From: Alphaproteobacteria bacterium
Lineage (GTDB): Bacteria; Pseudomonadota; Alphaproteobacteria; MPNO01; UBA830
NCBI GenBank assembly: GCA_965243135.1
Contig: OZ251539.1
Span: 3,744,001 to 3,808,000 of the forward strand
Reading direction: 5' to 3'
Length of the DNA stretch: 64,000 nt
The translations under genes and the position numbers were made by a program. Positions within the stretch are counted from its first letter, which is position 1, and every line of letters begins with the position of its first letter. The notes under the pieces were generated by a model. The model was not told the origin of the DNA and searched no databases. It saw only the letters and a program-made list of their open reading frames with translations. Positions 22,115 through 32,924 of the stretch are shown piece after piece.

Positions 22115-22832
22115 TCAAGGCAACTGAAGCTTCTTCCTCGGTCCCTGGAGGGCGCTCTGGCTGAGTCGGCGGGCTTGAGGGGAGTTCTTGGGAATATCGA
22201 CGCGGTCGTTGGCGATCCAGACGAAGCGGATGTCGGCGTCGGCGCGATCGGTCATCCGCTTGAGGCGCCCGGCTCCGGCATTCAACCAGTCCTGCAACCA
22301 TTGCAGCTTTCTGAGAACTTTGCTGTGTAACTACCCCGAACTGCCGGCCGCACAAAACCGTTCCGCGAATCGAAGATTTTTTCGCGGCGGCGCTCGCCGT
22401 TCGAGAGGAGCGTGACGCTGAGGGCAGCCCCGTATAGCCCTGTCTTCGCGCCGCGACGCCCGAACCCGGAACGGTTATGTCGGCGCATGATAGCGGCGCG
22501 ACGCCAGCAAAACCACCAGTTACATGCTACGGGGCGAGCAAGGGCCGATCATGAGCGTTTGTCCACTTCCTTCGTCGTCGCCGAATGGACCTCGATCCAG
22601 ACCGCCTGTTCCCGCCTTCCCGTCGCCAGCCGAGACCGTAATCCCAACGTGTGGCATTGGCGTAATCGGGCTGTCTCGCAAGCGCCGAGTCCAGATTGAT
22701 GCTTCCCGTCAATCGTCGTGGATTCTCGCAGGTCACGAGATCCCTGTGCCTGTTCTCCAGCGCTTGCTTGCCGACACGGTACGCGCCGTCCACCGGGGGC
22801 CGTTCGGCCCGCACAGCCCTTTCGAAGCTCAT
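22115..22832 (-). pseudogene. Partner of AAA ATPase, broken by a frameshift (~22620) and a 235-bp insertion
   Basis: Pieces MSFERAV..RWDYGLG / EQAVWIEVHSATTKEVDK / VLRKLQWLQDWLN..KLQLP join into one nuclease-like protein (WDYG..WIEVH); start overlaps ATPase stop. Confidence 0.7.
22323..22557. mobile_element. 235-bp non-coding insertion (MITE-like)
   Basis: Flanked by TTTG direct repeats (22319-22322, 22558-22561); internal inverted TGTAACT (22326-32) / AGTTACA (22518-24); removal restores EVDKVLRKL. Confidence 0.6.
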
Positions 22833-24001
22833 GTCCCCTCGGGCGGCGCCCGGCCGGCGACCTCGGCAACGACATCCCCTACCCTGCCGGAGAACTCCGT
22901 CAGGCCGCCCCATCCGCCTTCGGCGTTGTCCTCGGAACCGGGGTCGAGGCCGGATATGTCGCGAACCACGCCGTCGCGTCCGAAGTAGTAGGTTTTGAAC
23001 ACGCTCTTGAGCGCGCAATCGGCCAACTTATTCGTCTTGGGAGAGCCGCTAAGTCCGAGAAGTTTCCGGACGTCTCTCGACGTTCCCTCATGATCCTGGA
23101 AGAACCGCAGCGCCCAAACGATGTCGAGGACATGGGGCGAATGGGTGGAGAGGCAAATCCGGTAGCCGCGCAACCGCAGCTCCATGACGAGATTCAACAC
23201 AGCGCCGATCCCATTCGGATGCAGCCCCATCTCCAACTCCTCGATGACGACCCATTCAAGACTGTCGCGAGTCGGCACTTTCGACGGCGGCAAGAGCCAG
23301 TAGAGCCCGAGCAGCAGCGGCACGAACTCACGCTGTCCGGCCGACCAGACCAGATACGGCAAAGCACAGCCGCCGTCTCTATTCAAAACCAGCCGGCCCT
23401 GATGTCCGGACGTATCTTTGCGCAAACTGAAATCGCCGAAAATATGTTCTTCCAAAGGTTCTCTCAGGACCTTATCCAACCGTCGCCGGCGCGGAAAAAC
23501 ATCTTTATCGAGACCGATTTCCGTCTGCACGATTCCGTGAATCTTTTCACTGAAATCACGGAGAACGAATGGATCTCCGGCTCTGAAATCGGTAAAAGGG
23601 CGAGTCACGCCATCGCGCAAGCTCATGACCCGCTGCGCGGGAATGTAAAACATCTTCTCCAGAGGATCAGTCCGGCCCGAACTCCGGCCCGGACGGGCGT
23701 AAGCCGACAGCTCGGTCGATTTTTTTCCTTGACCCAAAAACAGGCGGCTTTCATCGGACCAGATCGACTCCATGCCTTCTCCGAAATACAGATTAAGGAA
23801 CTTATCGATATATCCATGTTGCACCAAGCCGAAACGCCGCATGGTATTGTGAATCGCGGGTTTGTCCACGAGCAGTTTCAGGAGTTGCAGAATTATGCTC
23901 TTTCCGGTGGCCTGAGGCCCCACGAACACCGTCAGATCGCCGAACCTGATGTCGGCTTCCTTCACCGGCCCGATCCCGTTCGCTCTTACTCGTTCGATCA
24001 T
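22829..24001 (-). CDS. ABC-type AAA ATPase (AAA_15/AAA_21-like)
   Basis: VFVGPQATGKS, YIPAQR, WSAGQRE, IEELEMGLHP, LSTHSP. Confidence 0.85.
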   Translation of the reverse strand: MIERVRANGIGPVKEADIRFGDLTVFVGPQATGKSIILQLLKLLVDKPAIHNTMRRFGLVQHGYIDKFLNLYFGEGMESIWSDESRLFLGQGKKSTELSAYARPGRSSGRTDPLEKMFYIPAQRVMSLRDGVTRPFTDFRAGDPFVLRDFSEKIHGIVQTEIGLDKDVFPRRRRLDKVLREPLEEHIFGDFSLRKDTSGHQGRLVLNRDGGCALPYLVWSAGQREFVPLLLGLYWLLPPSKVPTRDSLEWVVIEELEMGLHPNGIGAVLNLVMELRLRGYRICLSTHSPHVLDIVWALRFFQDHEGTSRDVRKLLGLSGSPKTNKLADCALKSVFKTYYFGRDGVVRDISGLDPGSEDNAEGGWGGLTEFSGRVGDVVAEVAGRAPPEGT

Positions 24002-24109
24002 GGCCGCCTCGGCGTTATCCGTTCGACTCTTGGCATCAACCGCGTCACCGCCTCAAAAACTCGACGACATTGACTGCACAGTCGAACGCAGCATTATAGG
24101 GCGATTCGT

Positions 24110-24430
24110 ACCACGCCGCAACCGCTTGTGGAAATGGGGAAGCTTACTTACGATACCGGCCTCTGGATCTCCGTTTTTCCGCCCGGGACAAGCAAGTGGA
24201 ACAAGATACCGAATGTTTCGTCACACACAACTGGCGTGGACGACCGCTGACAAGCCACGAGTTGGTCGTGAACTTCATCGGCCCGACGAAAAGCGGCTTG
24301 ACCCTCCGGTCCGAGTTGGACGAAAACAGCTCGGGCAATTGGTGACGGAGAAGGCTAGCCTGCCTCTCGAACGTGACAACTTCCATGGAGAGTGGAATTC
24401 TCGCCAAAATAAACATTTGGCGAGAATCCT
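24110..24430 (+). mobile_element. ISAzo13-family transposase C-terminal remnant
   Basis: Frameshifted pieces FPPGTSKWNKI, NWRGRPLTSHELVVN, LRSELDEN, DNFHGEWN. Confidence 0.8.
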
Positions 24431-24701
24431 AAGCTGATCGGGCTGTTTCCGATCGGGTGTCGCCGTCGGACATCGTTCTCCGCGAAACGGAACGGGCCCT
24501 GGAATCGGGATTGTCCGAATCCGAAATCCCGAAAGTTTCGGGGCGCCTGGGCAGGACTTCGCCTTCGCCAATCGCGCCGTCGCAGTTCGGGCGGCGGCGA
24601 GTTACGGCAGCGGCAACGCGGACTTTCGCCTTGGCGGCGGCGACAACGGCGAGCGCGCCTCCCTGATTTTCGCGTTCCGGCCTCCGCGCGCCCTGCGGCC
24701 A

Positions 24702-25619
24702 TTACCCCACGCATTTCCGGAACGATGCGGCCATGGCGCGGACGAGGGAGAAATACAGTTCGGGGCCGTCTTCCATCGCCGCTCCGAGGGGATCGAGAAC
24801 GCCCGTCCGGGTATTCGTCCCCTCGACGACGACGTCGACGAGCGAAGAGGAAAACTGCGGTTCCCGGAAGACGCACGCCGCAGAGGTTTCGCGCGATCTC
24901 GCGCGAATCTCGGCGACGCGCTGCGCGCCCGGAAGACGTTCCGGAGCGAGCGCGATCGCCCCGGCGGCGGTCAGGCCGAAGCGTTCTTCGAAGTATTGGT
25001 AGGCATCGTGAAACACGATGAACGGTTTGCCTCGAACGGGCGCCAGCGTTTCGCCGACTTCCTTGATCAGCGCGTCCAGGCGGGAAGCGAGTTCCCGTCC
25101 GTTCTTCGCGTAGACCGAGGCGTTCGCCGGATCGAGCCAGACATGCAGGTCGTACGCCGCGTGCTGGCGGCGTTCGTCGTGGTGCTCGTCCGCTTCGGCG
25201 CGTTTGCCGTGGCCGTGGTTCTCGTCCGCTTCGGCGTGGTGCGCGTGGTCGTGGCGCTCGAAAGCGGCGTTCAGGCGGAGAGATCTCAAAACCATGCCCG
25301 GCGCGCGGAACAACGACACCACCCGGGCCTCGCGGCCAAGCGTCCGGATCGGACCGAACAGCGTGGCCTCGAAATCCTCGTCGACCCGGAAAATCACGCG
25401 AGCGTTTTCAAGCGCTTCGGCGTCGGAGGGCCGCAGGGCGTAGCCGTGAGGGGAAGCCGCGCCCTTAATCAGAAGATGAGGTTTCGCGACGCCGGCCGTG
25501 ACGAAACTCACCAGCGAGTGCAGCGGCTTGATCGTGGCGACGATCCCGTCGGCTGCCGCCGGGCTGCAGAAGCCGACGATAGCCAAGGCCAGCAGTTTTC
25601 CCGTAGTCTTTGCGTGCAT
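24702..25619 (-). CDS. znuA: Zinc ABC transporter substrate-binding protein, apparently with an internal deletion
   Basis: IVATIKPLHSL, ASPHGYALRPSD, His-rich loop, HVWLDP, FHDAYQYFE, CVFREPQF, LDPLG. Confidence 0.85.
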   Translation of the reverse strand: MHAKTTGKLLALAIVGFCSPAAADGIVATIKPLHSLVSFVTAGVAKPHLLIKGAASPHGYALRPSDAEALENARVIFRVDEDFEATLFGPIRTLGREARVVSLFRAPGMVLRSLRLNAAFERHDHAHHAEADENHGHGKRAEADEHHDERRQHAAYDLHVWLDPANASVYAKNGRELASRLDALIKEVGETLAPVRGKPFIVFHDAYQYFEERFGLTAAGAIALAPERLPGAQRVAEIRARSRETSAACVFREPQFSSSLVDVVVEGTNTRTGVLDPLGAAMEDGPELYFSLVRAMAASFRKCVG

Positions 25620-25702
25620 GGTCGTATCCTTCCGGACGTACCGGCGGCGTCCGAAAGGAAGCGCGCATGCCCCTGACCTTCCGCGCCGGATGAATCTCGA
25701 AA

Positions 25703-25717
25703 TGTTATATTATATCA
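25703..25717. promoter_or_regulatory. Zur box
   Basis: TGTTAT-ATT-ATATCA, one mismatch to TGTTAT-N3-ATAACA, about 85 bp upstream of znuA. Confidence 0.7.
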
Positions 25718-25886
25718 ACGTTCGTTGGCGCAATATCCCGCCTTCCGGTCTTTCCGCCGCCGAAAGCGGAATGGAGGCGCGTCCCTTCGGCGGGACCGGC
25801 CGTAGACGCGCGGCGGGCCGGGCCGTTTCCTCCGGAGATATCCGCCGTCCCGCGCGCCGGCTCGCCGACGATCGGGAAAGCGCGCC

Positions 25887-26750
25887 GTGAGCGGGCCGCA
25901 AGCGCGGCTTCTCGCGCGACGATTGCATTTGCAGCACGGGCCGATCGACCTGATCGTCGAGGCATTCGGCGCGACCGGCGAGGTGCGGGCGGCCTACCGT
26001 CAGGCGCAGGCGCGGTTCGCGACGGTGCTCGAAGAACTGGTGGAGGAACTTGAGCTCCTGCGGCGCGCGGTCGGACCGCGACGGTCGCGGCCTTGCGGCT
26101 CCGTCGCCGCGCGCATGGAGGCGGCGGTCTGGCCGCATCGGCGAGTCTTCGTGACGCCGATGGCGGCCGTCGCGGGCGCCGTGGCGGACGAAGTGCTCGC
26201 GGCAGCCGTGGCGAATCGAAAGCTCGCGAAGGCCTACGTCAACAACTCCGGCGATATAGCGGTTCACTTGCAACCCGGAGAAACGCTGCGCCTCGGAATC
26301 GTCGGCGACCTCGACCGGCCGGCGATCGACGGAACCGCCGCGATCGAGCCGGGAATCGGCGGCATCGCCACGAGCGGCTGGCGGGGACGCAGCCTTTCGT
26401 TCGGAATCGCCGATGCGGTGACGGCGCTGGCGCGGAACGCCGCGGCGGCCGATGCCGCGGCGACCGTAATCGCCAACGCGGTCGATGCGAACCACCCGTC
26501 GATCGCGCGGGTGCCGGCCTCGTCTCTGGACGACCTGACCGATCTGGGCGACAGGCGGGTAACGACGAGCGTGGGTCCGCTCGACGCCGCGACGGTCTCC
26601 GCCGCGCTCGACTCCGGTCAGGCATGCGCCGACCGGCTGGCCGCCGCCGGGTTGATATGCGGGGCCGCGTTGATTCTCCGCGGCGAGACCCGCGTCGCGG
26701 GATCGGCGGAACGCCTGCGCGCGGCGTCCGGGTGCGCTCAGATCACCTGA
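25887..26750 (+). CDS. UPF0280 (ApbE-like) protein
   Basis: LHLQHGPIDL, TPMAAVAGAVAD, ATSGWRGRSLSFGIADAV. Confidence 0.85.
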   Translation: MSGPQARLLARRLHLQHGPIDLIVEAFGATGEVRAAYRQAQARFATVLEELVEELELLRRAVGPRRSRPCGSVAARMEAAVWPHRRVFVTPMAAVAGAVADEVLAAAVANRKLAKAYVNNSGDIAVHLQPGETLRLGIVGDLDRPAIDGTAAIEPGIGGIATSGWRGRSLSFGIADAVTALARNAAAADAAATVIANAVDANHPSIARVPASSLDDLTDLGDRRVTTSVGPLDAATVSAALDSGQACADRLAAAGLICGAALILRGETRVAGSAERLRAASGCAQIT

Positions 26751-27307
26751 TCGATGCGAGCTATTCCGAACTCGCAGGAATCGGCGAGAGCCACCCTGAG
26801 CATCCCGCCGTTTTCAAGGGCGGTCCGTTCGAGACCGCCGCGCTCCATCACGACCCTCGCCACCCCTCGACTCGAAACGATCAGCGGCCATCGCGGATAG
26901 AGCGGCGCCAGCGATCGGAACGCGGCCACCAAGCGGTCGCGAAAGACGACGGACGGCTCCCCGCCCGGAGGCGTTTCGCCGGCATCGAGCATCGGTCGCG
27001 TCGACTCGACGCTTCGCTCGTTCCATGCGCCCAGACGCCGCTCGATCAGCTGCGGTTCGGTGCGGATTTCGAACCCGAGCCCGCCGTTGACGAGGCGCGC
27101 GGTCTCCAACGTTCGCTTCAACGGCGCGGCGACGATGAGATCGGGCGTTTCGGCGAGGCGCCGCACCACCGCGTTCAGATCCCGCGCCTGCGCCCGGCCG
27201 AGTTCGGTCAACGGCGGATCCCTGTCGCCGCCCGACCGGACGCCGGCGCGGTTGGCCGTCGTCTCGCCGTGACGTATCAGAAAAAAACCGCAGCTACCGG
27301 GCTTCAT
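26738..27307 (-). CDS. Histidine phosphatase (PGM family)
   Basis: IRHGET, LTELG, RTLETA, LIERRLG; second His apparently replaced (VSSRG). Confidence 0.8.
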   Translation of the reverse strand: MKPGSCGFFLIRHGETTANRAGVRSGGDRDPPLTELGRAQARDLNAVVRRLAETPDLIVAAPLKRTLETARLVNGGLGFEIRTEPQLIERRLGAWNERSVESTRPMLDAGETPPGGEPSVVFRDRLVAAFRSLAPLYPRWPLIVSSRGVARVVMERGGLERTALENGGMLRVALADSCEFGIARIDQVI

Positions 27308-28457
27308 GAAACACTTTCCCTTCCGCGACGGGGCGGTGAACCCGGTCTTCGTCGAAAGGCCGGTCGTCGCCGATCCATTCGACGAGGCGTTCGGTCAGCG
27401 CACTGTCGCTCAGCGAAGGCGTATGTCCGGTATCCGACACCCGGATGACGGAGAGGCCGCCGCGCCGGCGCATCCGATCGACGGATTCCTCGGAGGTGGC
27501 GTCGCTGAGCATGCCGCGCAAGAGCAGAACGGGACACTTCACCGCCTGCCAGTCGTCCCAGAGATCGAGCGCGCTTCCGGCTTCGTTTCGGTAAGCCAGC
27601 AACGCGCGCAGATCGTGCCGGTAAACGCGTCCGTCCTCGTCGTCGGACCAGCGGGTCCGGTGATGGGCCGTGTGAAGCAGGACGGCGTCGGGCACCGGTC
27701 CGCCGTTTTTTTCCGCGGCGGCGGAACGGCGCAACATCTCCGCGGGATCGCGGAAAACGTAGTGCCGCGCCACGGCCCGCGCCCGCCGCGCCCGCCGCGC
27801 CGCGGGGATATAGGGAGCGCTGTCGTTGAGCACGATCCTGCGCACGCGGCCGGGATTCCGGGCGGCGAGCCTGACGGCCGCGGAGCCGCCGAGAGAAGAG
27901 CCGAGAAGGGTGCACGACTCGAGCCCCAGATGATCCATGAGCTGGACGATTTGCTCGACGTAAGAGTCGAGGTGGTAATCGCTTACTTCGGCGAGCCAGC
28001 CGCTGCGTCCGCGTCCGGCGTAATCGAGCGCGATTATCCGAAGCGACGGCGCGGCGTCCAGAGCCAGGAAGTCGAAGCGCTGGAGCACGTTGATAATTCC
28101 GCCGACCGCGATCACCGGTTCCCCGCTTCCTCCCGGATCGGCGTAGCAAAGCCGCACCGCATAGGGTTTGCCGACCCCCATGTCGGTATCCTGATGGGCG
28201 AGCCGGTGCCGGTAGACGAACCGCCGGAGCGGCGGGCGTTCGCCCATCGCCGCGACGACCGCTTCCACCATCGCGCCGTATTCGTCCCAATCCATGGTCT
28301 CCAGCGGGGGGCCGCGCCGGACGTACCATTCGCGCAAGGCGGCGCTCGCCCTGCGCGCCGCCGGGACGCCGGACGCGTTCACGTCGAAACCCGCGACCGC
28401 CGGCGGCCGCGCCCGGCCTTTTGCGCCTGCCTCATTGCGCCTTTCCGAAAGCGTCAC
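27294..28457 (-). CDS. Alpha/beta hydrolase
   Basis: DYAGRGRS, LGSSLGG nucleophile elbow, LLRGMLSD, GHTP. Confidence 0.85.
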   Translation of the reverse strand: MTLSERRNEAGAKGRARPPAVAGFDVNASGVPAARRASAALREWYVRRGPPLETMDWDEYGAMVEAVVAAMGERPPLRRFVYRHRLAHQDTDMGVGKPYAVRLCYADPGGSGEPVIAVGGIINVLQRFDFLALDAAPSLRIIALDYAGRGRSGWLAEVSDYHLDSYVEQIVQLMDHLGLESCTLLGSSLGGSAAVRLAARNPGRVRRIVLNDSAPYIPAARRARRARAVARHYVFRDPAEMLRRSAAAEKNGGPVPDAVLLHTAHHRTRWSDDEDGRVYRHDLRALLAYRNEAGSALDLWDDWQAVKCPVLLLRGMLSDATSEESVDRMRRRGGLSVIRVSDTGHTPSLSDSALTERLVEWIGDDRPFDEDRVHRPVAEGKVFHEAR

Positions 28458-28477
28458 TGACCGCGCTAGCTGGCACC

Positions 28478-30758
28478 GCCCGTGCCCCGTTTTTCTGGAC
28501 TCCGCCGACAGTATTCATCCTGAAGTTCCCGAAAGAAAGCCTTGGCGGCGAGCCGGGCGCACCGCATCAGTTGCGAACGCCGCGGATTCCGCCGGCCGCC
28601 GAGGCGGCCCCCAGCGAGACGGCCTCCCCAAGGTTTTCCGGAGCGTCCTCGCGCGCGGCGAAGGTCGCCAGCACCCGGAGTTCGGCGTCCGGGGACAGGA
28701 TCTCGCGCGGCAGGTCGGGCAGTTCCCGTCCAAGACGGGCCATCAGATGAATCCGCCAGGCGACGACCATCTTGATGGCGGCGGCGCGCTGCAGGCGCTC
28801 GGCCGTCCAGTTCCCGAGTTCCTCGATCTTGCAGCCGGACTTCAGGATCCGGAAATAATCTTCGACGCGCCAGCGCAGGCCGTACCATGTCAGGATGCGC
28901 TCGGCGTCGTCGGCGTTCTCGACCGGCAGCGTCGTCAACAGGAACCATTCCAGCCGCTCTGCTTCGGCCGGCGGGTTTTCCTCGCGGACATGCACGACCG
29001 TCGCCTCGACGGGGGCCTTGCCCTTCGCCGGCAAACCGACCTTGAGGTATCGCAGCGCGACCGCGGCCTGCTCGCTTGCGCGCGCGCTCTGGCGCTCGAT
29101 CTCGAGGATCCGCTTGCCCCGCGCCGGGCTCGTCCGCACCTTGTCGAACAGCCTGTCGGCGTCGCTCTTGCAGGGAACGCGGTCCGTCTTCGCCCGCACC
29201 AGGAGTTCCATTCCCGGCGTCCGCTCGCGCCGCTCGACGAACAGGTCGACGAAGTCCGCTTCCCGGTCCATGACGCCGACCGCCTGAACGCTGTCGAGCG
29301 CCGCGGCGGCCTCGGCGCTGTCCCGAAGGCCCTGGAGCCAGCGGCACGATTCCTTCTTTTCGCGAGGCTTGTCCTTCTCCGCGCCCGGCTGCGGCGCGTC
29401 GAACGCCGCCCGCAGAACCCCCAGCGGCAGCCCTTCCGCGTTCACCGCGATCGTGGCGTGCAGGTTCTGGCTTCGCGCTCCGGCGCCGGTGCCCAATCCC
29501 TTCCCCCGCTTCGCGAAGTTCAGCGCGCTGCCGTCCTGCACGAACAGCACCGTCTTCTCCCCCTGCATCCGCCGCAGCGTCTGGCGCCGATGAGGTTGCA
29601 GAATGTTCTCTGCCGTCACCGCCTCGTCGTCCGGCGCGCCGATCAGACGGTAGTAAGCCTTGATCAAAGCTCGATTCCCCTTCGCGGCGCCCGTGAACGC
29701 CCGCATCGGCGCCTCCGCCTGGCATCGGGCGCAGGTCACCAGGCGGGCGCTCAGACGCGCATCCCCCAACTGCGCGCCGCCGAACTCCTGTTCCGCCCAG
29801 TTCTCCCGGTCCAGGCCGGCTCCGATCTCCAGCGGCGCAAGACGCGGTTCGGGAACACGCAGACGTTCCCGCCATCCCGCATCCAGTTCGTACATGTACA
29901 CCGCTTTCGGCGACTCCGTCGCCGTATGTTCCCGATCCTGCCGCCCCCGGCCGGCGGTCTCGCCGACCCGGAGCCAGCCGGCCGCCCGAAAACTCGCTCC
30001 CCCATGCCGGTCTTCCTCGATAAAGGTCTCCAGCAGATAGGGGCGGTAGCCGTAGCGCGTCTCGAAATCGTCCCCCGCCATGCATGCAACTTGCCCCAGA
30101 ACGCGCGAGGCGAGATTCCGGCATTCGATGCCCGGACGGATCAGAAAACGCGACAGGCACGCGACCCGGTGCAGGCAAGCGCGCCGCCTGTCGTCGTTCC
30201 AACCGATCCAGCGGTCGCGGCAGGCCAGCCAACGGGCGGAAGAGGCGAACCCCACGGCTCCCAGCCAGCCGTGCGCCGACCCCGCCAGATAACGTATCTG
30301 GCAGCCCACGAAAGGCCCCGCGCCGCGCGGATGCTCGTGCGCCATCAACCCGTCCCAGATCGCGCGCTGCCGCGCGTCCCTCACCAGGACCAGTTCCAAA
30401 TCCTCGACCGCGCCGACCGCGTCCGGCACGCCGCGCGCCGGCGGCACCGGATCGGCGGCGCATCGCCGGCCCTTGCGAACGGCGCGGCGCGGCGGAAGCG
30501 AAATGTGTCCTTCCGCTTCCAGCGCGATCAGCGCTTTCCGGCAAGTCACGCGCTGCCAGCGACCGCGCCCGTCCCGAAATCCGAACGCCGCGCAGACCCT
30601 GTCGACCAGCTGGCTGCGGCTGCCCCCGTCCCCGATCAGCCCTTGCAGCCGGGCGAGATCGTTCCGAAGAGTGCGGATGACTTGATTCTGGACCTCCATG
30701 TTCCGCACGGTATCGAATCAGGCTCACCGTGTCAATGCCCGATTTGCGGGGCACGGGC
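28478..30758 (-). mobile_element. IS4-family element; transposase 28567..30708 with N-terminal DUF4338 (DruA-like) domain and eroded C-terminus
   Basis: 12-bp IR GCCCGTGCCCCG (28478-89) / CGGGGCACGGGC (30747-58); LGDARL, VQDG, VMDREAD, WFLLTT, YGLRWRVEDYFRILKSGC; N-terminal SRFLI..NLASRVL..LETF. Confidence 0.85.
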
Positions 30759-30818
30759 AGGCGCGGCCCCGGCGTTCCGCAAGCGCCCTTCCCTGCCCGA
30801 ACGCCTGCCGCAACGGAG

Positions 30819-32912
30819 TCAGGACGGCGAGGCCTTCGGCCCGTTGTAGCGCAGAACCACGCAGGTGATGTCGTCGAACTGGGGAGCCTCTCCGGTGAAG
30901 TCGTGGACGGCCGAGACGATCTTCTCGACGTCGGCCTCCGGATTCTGTTCCGGCAGTTCGCGGACGACGTCCAGAAGGCGGTCGTCTCCGAACGCTTCGG
31001 TTTCGGCGTTGAACGCCTCGGTGACGCCGTCGGTCAACAGAACCAGCCGCGCGCCGACCTCCAGATCGACATGGGCTTCGTCGTAGCTCATCCCGGGAAA
31101 CATCGCCAGCACGATGCCGCCGGTCAGGTCGAGCGGCCTGGCGCCCTTGCTGTCGAGAACCACCGGCGGAATGTGCCCCCCGTTGGCGTAGGTGAATCGA
31201 CCGGTGGAATGGTCGAGCACGCCGTAGAAGACGGTCACGAACAGGTCTTCGGCGTTGTTCTGCACGAGGAAGTTGTTGACGTTCTCGAGAACCTGGCCCG
31301 GGCTCGCCAGATAACGCACGGTCGACTGCATCACCGTTCGCACCATCACCATGAAGAGGGCGGACGGCACTCCCTTGCCCGACACGTCGGCGACGATCAC
31401 GCCCGTGCGGTCCCCGTCGAGCGCGAAGAAATCGTAGAAGTCGCCGCCGACCTCCTTCGCCGGCTGCATCATGCCGGTGATTCCGTAGGAAGCGGAAATC
31501 GGAACGACGTCCGGCAACAGGGACAGCTGCACGCGGGCCGCGATGTCGAGCTCCTTCTGCAACGCGATGAAGGCGTTCTTCGCGGCCAGGGCGTCGCGCA
31601 ACCGCGTGTTCTGGTCCTGCACCATGTCGGACATCTTGCGGAACGCTTCCGCCGTTCTCGCGAGGCTGTCCGACTCCTGCCTGAGCGCGGCGGTGGCGCC
31701 GTCGGCCGCCGCCGCGATCGAGTCCAGGCCGCCTCCCGACGAGCGGTCGATCACGCGTTCGAGCTCTTCCAGCTCCGCCAGCACGACCTTGCGTTCGGCT
31801 TCGTCCAGCGTGTCGGCCAACTGGGTGAGCCGCTTCCGGATGAACCGCTCCTGTCTCCGGCGCTGGCGTTCGCGGGATCGGCGGAAGCTGTAGAACGAGA
31901 CCAGATTGACTCGGAACAGGTTGACGGCCTCGGAGATGCGGCCGACTTCGTCGCGCCCGCCGGCATGCTCGATCCGCGCGTTGAGGTCTCCGTGCGACAA
32001 AGACTTGAGCACGTCGACGCCTTCGGTCAGCGGCACGAAGGAGCGGAACATGTAGAAATTCAGGCCGACGAACACCAGGATCAGGAACGCGACGACCGCC
32101 CCGATCGTGATGCGGCTGACGTCCCGCTGGGTGCGGGCGAGTTCGGTCACGTCCTTGATGCTGATCAGCCGCGCCACGAGGCTTCCGAGATCGGCCGTCA
32201 GGGACAGAACGACGGCGGAATAGACGCGGTCGTCGACGCCGACCGTCTGCAGCGTATCCACCGCGTCGAGGCCCTCCGCGCCCTTGAGCGTTTCCCACAG
32301 ATCGCTCGAAGAGCCCGCGATCAGGCGCCCGCGGCGATTGACGATCAGGACCGCCGTCTGCGTCGCCTGCTCGAGCGCGGAGATCGCCTCGCCGATATCG
32401 GTGGCGTAGACGCCCATCGCGCCGCTGCCCTTGAGGGGGATGCCCAGGACGACCGCGACGTTCCGCTGCCGGTCGTTGCCGACGCCGCGGATGCGCTTGC
32501 CGGCGGCGTCCTTCACCGCCGCCGGCGAAACGATCGGCGATTGCAACAGGGCGGACCGCGACGAATAGGCGAGCGAGCCGTCGCTGCGCACGATATCGAA
32601 CCGGTCGGCGATCTTCTGTTCGCGGAGAGTCTCCGCGAGGCTTGCGGCCAGCCGCTGAACGTTTTCGTGATCGTCCGACGAAACCGCCGCCGCAAGTTCG
32701 GCGTTTTCTCCGACCAGCCAGGCCTTGTCCTCCATGCGCGCGACCAGGTTGCTCCGTATCTGCCGCCACAGGGTGGACCGGTCCACGAGCAGGGAGCCGG
32801 AGAATTGCGCCGTGATCAGTTCCTCGCGCTTGAGCGAGGCGAAGGCGAAACCGGCGCACACGATGGCGAAGGCCAGAAGGACCAGAAGGCCCGTCCGCAC
32901 GCGGAGCGACAC
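30819..32912 (-). CDS. Membrane sensor with HAMP and PP2C/SpoIIE phosphatase domain
   Basis: Two TMs, HAMP (GDL..RDEVG), VGGDFYD, ADVSGKG, TDGVTEA, DDIT. Confidence 0.9.
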   Translation of the reverse strand: MSLRVRTGLLVLLAFAIVCAGFAFASLKREELITAQFSGSLLVDRSTLWRQIRSNLVARMEDKAWLVGENAELAAAVSSDDHENVQRLAASLAETLREQKIADRFDIVRSDGSLAYSSRSALLQSPIVSPAAVKDAAGKRIRGVGNDRQRNVAVVLGIPLKGSGAMGVYATDIGEAISALEQATQTAVLIVNRRGRLIAGSSSDLWETLKGAEGLDAVDTLQTVGVDDRVYSAVVLSLTADLGSLVARLISIKDVTELARTQRDVSRITIGAVVAFLILVFVGLNFYMFRSFVPLTEGVDVLKSLSHGDLNARIEHAGGRDEVGRISEAVNLFRVNLVSFYSFRRSRERQRRRQERFIRKRLTQLADTLDEAERKVVLAELEELERVIDRSSGGGLDSIAAAADGATAALRQESDSLARTAEAFRKMSDMVQDQNTRLRDALAAKNAFIALQKELDIAARVQLSLLPDVVPISASYGITGMMQPAKEVGGDFYDFFALDGDRTGVIVADVSGKGVPSALFMVMVRTVMQSTVRYLASPGQVLENVNNFLVQNNAEDLFVTVFYGVLDHSTGRFTYANGGHIPPVVLDSKGARPLDLTGGIVLAMFPGMSYDEAHVDLEVGARLVLLTDGVTEAFNAETEAFGDDRLLDVVRELPEQNPEADVEKIVSAVHDFTGEAPQFDDITCVVLRYNGPKASPS

Positions 32913-32924
32913 GTCCCCTGTCTC

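Noticed and set aside
29900-30708. Druantia defence system
   Set aside because: The DruA-like DUF4338 domain is fused to an IS4 transposase and no other Dru genes are present
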